A DNA stretch of 64,000 nt from a virus. The position numbers and the translations under genes were made by a program. Of this stretch, positions 58,447 through 64,000 are shown in pieces (within the stretch, counting starts at the first letter, position 1; each line of letters begins with the position of its first letter). The DNA is taken from positions 2,997-66,996 of IMG/VR virus record IMGVR_UViG_3300025127_008281. One strand, 5' to 3'. The notes beneath the pieces are model-generated. The model was not told where the DNA came from. It ran no database searches and saw nothing but the letters and a program-made list of their open reading frames with translations.

Positions 58447-58655
58447 TCATAGAAGGAATATTCGGATTAATTTTATCTTTTTCCGCTGGTGGTGACAAGA
58501 CAGCAGGAGATCCTGCAGGCATGGTCTTGAAAGGCATTCTACAAGGAAACAAGATAATCCAAAAAGAAAAGAACAAAGAAATGGATGACAGCATCCATGA
58601 AGAATTACACATCATGACTAAAGATTATATCTACAAATTGGGAGGACTAAAATGA
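58443..58655 (+). CDS. Hypothetical protein
   Basis: MIIEGIFGLIL start via ATGA overlap (inferred). Confidence 0.55.
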   Translation: MIIEGIFGLILSFSAGGDKTAGDPAGMVLKGILQGNKIIQKEKNKEMDDSIHEELHIMTKDYIYKLGGLK

Positions 58656-58888
58656 CAATAAACGAAACACATAAACATCATTTCCAGGTGGCCGACATCG
58701 GTGCTTGGGATTTGGATGAAGACAGAAGTATTGTACCGAGCATCCAAAATTCACTCAAAGCATCGGGCATCACAGCCGTTGTAGATGCCGACGAGATGAA
58801 CTCGGCAGGATTCACGGTCTACACCTATTCTCCGAGAGAAGTGGTTGAAAAAGCATTGGAAGATGATGGCATTGATCTCGAGGACTAA
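58652..58888 (+). CDS. Acidic hypothetical protein
   Basis: GGAGG RBS. Confidence 0.7.
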   Translation: MTINETHKHHFQVADIGAWDLDEDRSIVPSIQNSLKASGITAVVDADEMNSAGFTVYTYSPREVVEKALEDDGIDLED

Positions 58889-58919
58889 TAAGCCAATGAA
58901 TATGCGACTTTTTAGGCGG

Positions 58920-58947
58920 TTGACGGTATTACCATCCATGTTATACT
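58920..58947 (+). promoter_or_regulatory. Sigma70-type early promoter
   Basis: TTGACG-gtattaccatccatgt-TATACT; spacer identical to the 62547 promoter. Confidence 0.82.
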
Positions 58948-58971
58948 GAATTATTAACAAAAGGAGTTGAA

Positions 58972-59268
58972 ATGAATAAAAAACTACAAAAAATACTATC
59001 AGACATATACTATATGGATGGTACAGAGTTATCGGCCGTGATAGATGCCGTTAAGTTAAGAAGAAATCAAATACATAGCTCAGATGCCCATAAGTTTAGA
59101 TTCGGCGATAAGGTTTCGTTCCAAGGTAGAAGAAATTCTATTTTGAAAGGTACCGTCGAAAAAGTGAAAATCAAATATGTATTGGTAAGAACTGACAGCG
59201 GAACTAGATGGAATGTTCCTGGTTCTCATCTTACATTGATCCAATCCAAGGAGGCCGTTGATGCCTAA
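58972..59268 (+). CDS. Early protein with SH3-like C-terminal domain
   Basis: GDKVSF...GTVEKVKIKYVLV...RWNVP. Confidence 0.6.
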   Translation: MNKKLQKILSDIYYMDGTELSAVIDAVKLRRNQIHSSDAHKFRFGDKVSFQGRRNSILKGTVEKVKIKYVLVRTDSGTRWNVPGSHLTLIQSKEAVDA

Positions 59269-59932
59269 TTGGTGCGATAACCAAATTACTATCACGGGGC
59301 CGAATTCCGTGATAGAAAAGATAGAAAAGATCGTTAAAGATGAAAGTAATAATGTAGAAAAAGGATTATTACAATTCTTCCATCCAATGCCTAAGGAGTT
59401 GATGGAGACAGAGGCAGGTCCGATAGCGAAAACTAAAAAAGAAAAACAGGCCAGACAGGCAAGGAAGTTGGAGTTCGGCGCAGAAAATTGGTACGATTGG
59501 CGAGTGAACAATTGGGGAACCAAGTGGGAGTTGTGTGAATTCTACGGCGTAGACAGACAATATCTCTCAGAACAGAGCGAGGGAGAGTCTACAATATCGT
59601 TTTCATTCAGTTCGGCCTGGGCACCACCGATTGGTGCTTATGAGAAGTTCTTGGAGAATAATTCGGATTGTTTCATTAGGGCTTATTATTACGAAGGCGG
59701 ATGTGACTTTATGGGATTATGGGAAGATGGAGTAGACGATTGTTATACTCCAAGCGATTACAAATCCACAGATGACTTTTGGCAGGACGGCATAGGTTCA
59801 ACCCTAGATGATGTTTTCAACATCACGGAGTCAATGGCAGAGTACGAAGCTGAACAGGAAGAAGAAAGACTGAACGAGGATGTCTACAAGTATTCCAAAG
59901 GCGAGAAGATCAACATAGGGGAGGATGCCTAA
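59261..59932 (+). CDS. Api92/DUF1281-like ferredoxin-fold protein
   Basis: MPNWCDN, WYDWRVNNWGTKW, F.SAWAPP, YYE.GCDF.G. Confidence 0.8.
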   Translation: MPNWCDNQITITGPNSVIEKIEKIVKDESNNVEKGLLQFFHPMPKELMETEAGPIAKTKKEKQARQARKLEFGAENWYDWRVNNWGTKWELCEFYGVDRQYLSEQSEGESTISFSFSSAWAPPIGAYEKFLENNSDCFIRAYYYEGGCDFMGLWEDGVDDCYTPSDYKSTDDFWQDGIGSTLDDVFNITESMAEYEAEQEEERLNEDVYKYSKGEKINIGEDA

Positions 59933-60135
59933 TGCCTAAATTTTTAATTAAGGTCAAACACGGAATAACGACAGGTACCAGCACCAAGACAGCAACGGTG
60001 GAGGCCAATGACAAAGACCATGCCTACAGGATGCTGATGGCAGACGGCAATGTTGGTCCTTTTATGGATTGGGAAGAAGACTTTGATGTGGAGTATGACA
60101 CATCACCCCAATATTATATAAAGGAGACCGTATAA
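59932..60135 (+). CDS. Early hypothetical protein
   Basis: GGAGG RBS, TAATG overlap. Confidence 0.65.
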   Translation: MPKFLIKVKHGITTGTSTKTATVEANDKDHAYRMLMADGNVGPFMDWEEDFDVEYDTSPQYYIKETV

Positions 60136-60377
60136 TGTGGACAGATGAATTGTTTGACGAGATACAGAAAGGCGATCGTGTGTGGTATGAAACAGCACAG
60201 GGTCAGACCAGATCAGGTAAGGCATTGATGATTGGCCCAATGGGTTGGGTCTTGGACACAGGGGCAGGTGAGCCAAAGGTAGTGAACGAGGGATACAATT
60301 ATCTAGGTCACAAGCCTGCCAAGGACAGGGAGCCAGATCACCTGGGTCATTTCCTCAATAAGCATATTGGAGACTGA
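60135..60377 (+). CDS. Early hypothetical protein
   Basis: AAGGAG RBS, TAATG overlap. Confidence 0.7.
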   Translation: MWTDELFDEIQKGDRVWYETAQGQTRSGKALMIGPMGWVLDTGAGEPKVVNEGYNYLGHKPAKDREPDHLGHFLNKHIGD

Positions 60378-60394
60378 TGAAAGATAATTTTTTG

Positions 60395-60441
60395 GCACTA
60401 TATCTAGTATCGATCAGAAGTTGTGGCACTAGATATTGTGG
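60395..60441. promoter_or_regulatory. Tandem NrdR-box-like pair
   Basis: gcactatatctagtat (60395) and gcactagatattgtgg (60426), 31 bp apart. Confidence 0.75.
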
Positions 60442-60452
60442 TTTTTGGCAGG

Positions 60453-60480
60453 TTGACGCTTTTACCACCTATGCTATTAT
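60453..60480 (+). promoter_or_regulatory. Sigma70-type early promoter
   Basis: TTGACG-16 bp-TATTAT with TG extension; AAGGAGTTGAAA leader. Confidence 0.75.
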
Positions 60481-60504
60481 TAAGAATAAATGAAGGAGTT
60501 GAAA

Positions 60505-60882
60505 ATGCAAAAAATAGACTATACAAAAAAACATGGAATCATGGTTGGATACATAGATAGATCCGATAATGTGGTTGCCGTGGAAACAAGTTGGAATATA
60601 AGTTATACGGCGATGGCCCAGATACTTCGAGACAAATATCCAACTAAAGAAGATGCCATCAAGGCGGTTGATTCACCTGCATTGGTACCAAGTTTTAGAA
60701 AAGATGACTATTGGTATGTTGATGGATTTGGTGATGTGATTGAATCTAATATATCGTGGCACAAGGAAGTGATGAGAAAACATATCGGTCATTTATTCTT
60801 GTTCATGAAAGGTACTTGGCAATATTCAGACAATGGTATTGACTGGGAACCAATTTCCGAAATATTGAAGGAGGTGGCATAA
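60505..60882 (+). CDS. Early hypothetical protein
   Basis: Start MQKIDY after AAGGAG. Confidence 0.7.
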   Translation: MQKIDYTKKHGIMVGYIDRSDNVVAVETSWNISYTAMAQILRDKYPTKEDAIKAVDSPALVPSFRKDDYWYVDGFGDVIESNISWHKEVMRKHIGHLFLFMKGTWQYSDNGIDWEPISEILKEVA

Positions 60883-61184
60883 TGTCAAGATCGGGTGATA
60901 AGATGAGATACAATATAAAAGATTATCTCACAGAAAAAGAAGTGAACAAATTAATGGATTTGTTCAACAAGATAAAGTTGGACCTATCAGATGATAGTTT
61001 TCCAACAAGAACAAACAGACTAGAGGCTGTTGAAAACATGAAGAAGGTTTTGGAGATCCACAATTATGTGGTGTCCGAATATGAGCCTGAGGGAGAGGAT
61101 AACGAGATCAAGATGCCTTTTCCAGATGCTAGGGATCAACATCTTATCAACAAGAACTTTAACAAGGCAACGGGAGGAAAATAA
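60882..61184 (+). CDS. Early hypothetical protein
   Basis: GGAGG RBS, TAATG overlap. Confidence 0.7.
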   Translation: MSRSGDKMRYNIKDYLTEKEVNKLMDLFNKIKLDLSDDSFPTRTNRLEAVENMKKVLEIHNYVVSEYEPEGEDNEIKMPFPDARDQHLINKNFNKATGGK

Positions 61185-61735
61185 TGGCCACTAGAGCGAG
61201 GATAGGTATAAAACAGAAGAGCGGAAGAATAATTGCTTCATATCAACATTGGGACGGTTATCCAGGAGGACTTGGGTACAACCTATGTGAAAATTGGGAA
61301 GACTCAAAGAAGGTCACAGAAGCAATCAAATTGGGTGACTCATCCAAATGGCATTACATCGTGGGTGAACAGATAGACTTTGATGACAGGTCTAATCCGA
61401 TGTATGAGGTGCAGAATTGCTATTATGGCCGAGACCGAGGTGAGAAGGGTGTTGGCTACAAGGTCTACAAGGACGAAGCAGAATACATCCGAGAGGGTTT
61501 CAACTCGGGCGAACAATATGTGTACCTAATGAAAGATGCAGGCGAGACAAATTTCTTAGGCAAACCTAAATTGACTTGGTTCTATGTTGAAAGCAGATAC
61601 ACAGAAAATGGCAAGGAGGTCTTTGACAAGGAGTTCAAACCTTTGGAGAGATATGCCATACTTGAACGGATCGACATCTTGAAGAGACAGATTGAAATGA
61701 TGGATGAATCAGAGAAAAGAAAGAAGGTGGCCTAG
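61184..61735 (+). CDS. Conserved phage early protein (YxHWDGYP type)
   Basis: MATRARIG, YQHWDGYP..LG, YGRDRGE, EQYVYL. Confidence 0.75.
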   Translation: MATRARIGIKQKSGRIIASYQHWDGYPGGLGYNLCENWEDSKKVTEAIKLGDSSKWHYIVGEQIDFDDRSNPMYEVQNCYYGRDRGEKGVGYKVYKDEAEYIREGFNSGEQYVYLMKDAGETNFLGKPKLTWFYVESRYTENGKEVFDKEFKPLERYAILERIDILKRQIEMMDESEKRKKVA

Positions 61736-61974
61736 TGTCGGTACATATCAGATATAGATTCCTAAAGGAGAAGGGTGACTACCTCAAAGATGAGGCGATG
61801 ACTCGTGGATACACTTTGGTTGAAACAAATATCGAACATCCTTTCCATCAAGTTTTGAAAGAATTCTACAAGGACTTCAAAGGCAGAGCAGTTCAAATTT
61901 TTAATATTTGGAGAACGCCCGTGGGCGAAGCCAATTATAGAATGGAAGAAGAAGAGAGGAGAATAAATGGGTAA
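61735..61974 (+). CDS. Early hypothetical protein
   Basis: GTG start overlapping the upstream stop. Confidence 0.6.
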   Translation: MSVHIRYRFLKEKGDYLKDEAMTRGYTLVETNIEHPFHQVLKEFYKDFKGRAVQIFNIWRTPVGEANYRMEEEERRING

Positions 61975-62197
61975 TCATTTGAGAAACATCAGGGCCTTGT
62001 TCGAGAACGCCAAAGAATTTGATGTCAGCAGGAAGATAGACACCTACGAATATGAATCGTTGGAAAAAATGATACTGGATGACAATATCAGATATTCAGA
62101 GATTATGGAGATCTTCACAGACTCCGAATACCGAGAATGGTTCTACAAAAGGAACTTTGAAGGCAAGGAGTTCAACATCACAAAATTTCATGAATGA
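61967..62197 (+). CDS. Early hypothetical protein
   Basis: AGGAG RBS. Confidence 0.7.
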   Translation: MGNHLRNIRALFENAKEFDVSRKIDTYEYESLEKMILDDNIRYSEIMEIFTDSEYREWFYKRNFEGKEFNITKFHE

Positions 62198-62397
62198 TGC
62201 CTAGAAAGAAATATTACTTTGATCTAAATGACCTCAAGGCCGGATATCCAAATGCCATGGTGGCAGAGTACGGCCTGGCAGGAGACGAAGTGTATGTATG
62301 GGCCGATAATGGATTCGCGGCGGAGACCGTGGCGTTGGAAGAATACAAAAAAGGAAGGTGGAAAACAAGCAAAGATGGTGGAAAAAATAAGAAATAG
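62194..62397 (+). CDS. Early hypothetical protein
   Basis: ATGA overlap. Confidence 0.6.
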   Translation: MMPRKKYYFDLNDLKAGYPNAMVAEYGLAGDEVYVWADNGFAAETVALEEYKKGRWKTSKDGGKNKK

Positions 62398-62489
62398 CAT
62401 CCTGGTTGAATTCAGTTTCTGTGGTGCTGTCATTTTGGTATTGGATCTTGTTGGCGTGATAGTCTAACAAAATTGGAATTTTTTGGATG

Positions 62490-62536
62490 GCACTAGATAT
62501 AGTGCCAGAAAGAAAGGTCGATACTAGATATAGTGC
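62490..62536. promoter_or_regulatory. Tandem NrdR-box-like pair
   Basis: gcactagatatagtgc (62490) and atactagatatagtgc (62521), 31 bp apart. Confidence 0.8.
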
Positions 62537-62546
62537 CATTCTGAGG

Positions 62547-62574
62547 TTGACCGTATTACCATCCATGTTATACT
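62547..62574 (+). promoter_or_regulatory. Sigma70-type early promoter
   Basis: TTGACC-gtattaccatccatgt-TATACT; AAAGGAGTTGAAATG leader. Confidence 0.82.
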
Positions 62575-62596
62575 GAATTATTACAAAGGAGTTGAA

Positions 62597-62977
62597 ATGT
62601 TAGAAGAAAACAAAGATCTATTGAAGTTTAATGCAGAAGGCGTTCATCCAGCAGATATGTTCTTGAATGCTAAAGACAAGGCTGTGAAGGCTGTGGATGA
62701 ATTTGTGAAAGAATACGGTGAGCCGTTATATTGCGGTTTCGCCAATGTATCGATTCATCCTGCAAGAGGCAGATTGGTATCTTTTTTAAAAAAAGCAGGA
62801 ATAGGTGATAATGGTTATAGAGGTGGTTATAGAATATCTTATTATGACATTATGCCTAAAGACCATCCTCATAGCCATACTCAGTCGATGAGCATTAAAG
62901 AAGAAGCCTGTGAGGCGTTCAGAGATGAACTAAGAAAATATGGTTTGACTGTTTATGCGGAAAGCAGAGCCGACTAA
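62597..62977 (+). CDS. Early hypothetical protein
   Basis: CGFA.V...QSMSIKE.ACEAF...L...G....ESRAD. Confidence 0.75.
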   Translation: MLEENKDLLKFNAEGVHPADMFLNAKDKAVKAVDEFVKEYGEPLYCGFANVSIHPARGRLVSFLKKAGIGDNGYRGGYRISYYDIMPKDHPHSHTQSMSIKEEACEAFRDELRKYGLTVYAESRAD

Positions 62978-63564
62978 TGCAAGGGACATTGGAATTCGTT
63001 TTACAATCAGCGAGGGCGGTCATGGCCTCCCTTGCTATGTCCTATGAAGTGGAGACAGGCACAAGTGTGAACGAGGCAGAATTGAAATGTATGGCGGAGA
63101 ACATCTACTTTGAAGGCAGAGCGGAACCGATGGTTGGGAAGATAGCGATAGGCCATGTGGTGATGAACAGAATTGAAGATGAGAGATTTCCAGATACGAT
63201 ATGTGGAGTGGTGCATCAAGGCCCTGTTAGGGAAAGTTGGAAGACAAGACAGCACAAGGATCTTGCCGACGAAGACAGAATTTATTATCCAATTAAGAAC
63301 AGATGCCAATTCAGTTGGTGGTGTGATGGACAGAAAGATATTATTTGGGCCACATACATGAATGGTGAAGTGATAGAATCTAATATGACAGCATGGAGAG
63401 ATTCCATCCATGTCGCCCTGTTTATTATGAGCGGTGATTACTCCATGGATCCAACAGACGGCGCTGTCTTCTACTACAATCCACACATCGCGAATCCTAG
63501 TTGGGGGAGATTGTATAAGGAGACGGCTATGATAGGTAACCACAGATTCATGAAGGACAAATAA
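62977..63564 (+). CDS. Cell wall hydrolase (SleB/Hydrolase_2 family)
   Basis: CMAENIYFEGRAEP, VVMNR, FPDTICGVV.Q, CQFSW.CDG, DPTDGA.FY, IGNHRF. Confidence 0.92.
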   Translation: MQGTLEFVLQSARAVMASLAMSYEVETGTSVNEAELKCMAENIYFEGRAEPMVGKIAIGHVVMNRIEDERFPDTICGVVHQGPVRESWKTRQHKDLADEDRIYYPIKNRCQFSWWCDGQKDIIWATYMNGEVIESNMTAWRDSIHVALFIMSGDYSMDPTDGAVFYYNPHIANPSWGRLYKETAMIGNHRFMKDK

Positions 63565-63860
63565 TGAGAGCAAGTCTAAAAAAAGCATTGGCAGAATATA
63601 ACCTATACCTCAAGCGATTAGGCATAGACAAGATAAAGAAAAGAAAGGCCAGAGGAACCTTTGTCTTTGATGGTGGTGGTAATAGAAATGGTGTGCCCAC
63701 CGGAGACAAGATACCAGTGTTCACAGGTGGTAAAAGACAGGCGTTCACATACTCCGGCGAACGAAAGTTGATTGGTATTGGAATGCTTCATAAGAGCAAT
63801 CTTGTACCGGTTTGGGACGAGCAAGATGCCAAAGAAATAAGCAAGATGAGGAGAGGTTGA
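63564..63860 (+). CDS. Hypothetical protein, paralog of 8290..8676
   Basis: YSGERKLIGIGMLHKSNLVPV. Confidence 0.8.
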   Translation: MRASLKKALAEYNLYLKRLGIDKIKKRKARGTFVFDGGGNRNGVPTGDKIPVFTGGKRQAFTYSGERKLIGIGMLHKSNLVPVWDEQDAKEISKMRRG

Positions 63861-63889
63861 CAGCATTTGGAAAGGTGTTATTTTAAGTT

Positions 63890-64000
63890 ATGAAACAAGT
63901 TAAATGGGAAATAGAATTAAATGTGCCAAAAGGCAAAATCAAGACTTTTGTTTATTCGGAGGATGGAACTAATATTGTAGATAGATTCAAACCAGAATAT
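63890..64000 (+). CDS. Hypothetical protein (runs off window)
   Basis: MKQVKWEIELNVP... after a TTGACA promoter-like sequence at 63857. Confidence 0.5.
   Translation, partial: MKQVKWEIELNVPKGKIKTFVYSEDGTNIVDRFKPEY

Noticed and set aside
63007-63588. 193-aa minus-strand ORF
   Set aside because: Antisense shadow of the SleB-like hydrolase.
1-64000. Bacterial chromosome origin suggested by clpX, petB, nrdAB, tctA and ssrA
   Set aside because: These genes are stripped of their normal operon partners and interleaved with PAAR, tail and other phage genes and T4-like late promoters.
1-64000. CRISPR array, rRNA, integrase or transposase
   Set aside because: No regularly spaced repeat-spacer array and no such genes were recognised.

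Overview
A gene-dense, AT-rich segment of a large lytic dsDNA phage with T4-like late promoters. The host is probably a marine alphaproteobacterium such as SAR11 (inferred from the permuted two-piece tmRNA, alpha-type cytochrome b, DUF1178 and base composition). From 1 to about 56 kb genes run mostly on the minus strand. They include a proteostasis/translation cluster (glutaredoxin, ClpS, Hsp20, bS21, ClpX), a tmRNA, cytochrome b, class Ia nrdAB, virion-type proteins, three radical SAM enzymes, two TctA/TctC-like transporter operons with tailoring enzymes, and an amidinotransferase/aminotransferase/nucleotide-sugar cluster. From about 58 kb there is a plus-strand early region of small genes behind repeated sigma70 promoters. 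The most striking signal not explained by the ORF track is a set of about ten 16-bp palindromes matching the NrdR-box consensus. They occur in 31-32 bp-spaced pairs, all between 56.1 and 62.5 kb, near early promoters and not at the phage's own nrdAB. Other notable items are near-leaderless late genes, two candidate structured RNAs, a metallothionein-like small ORF and two parallel cell-wall-hydrolase operons. All calls come from motif recognition by eye; no database searches were run.
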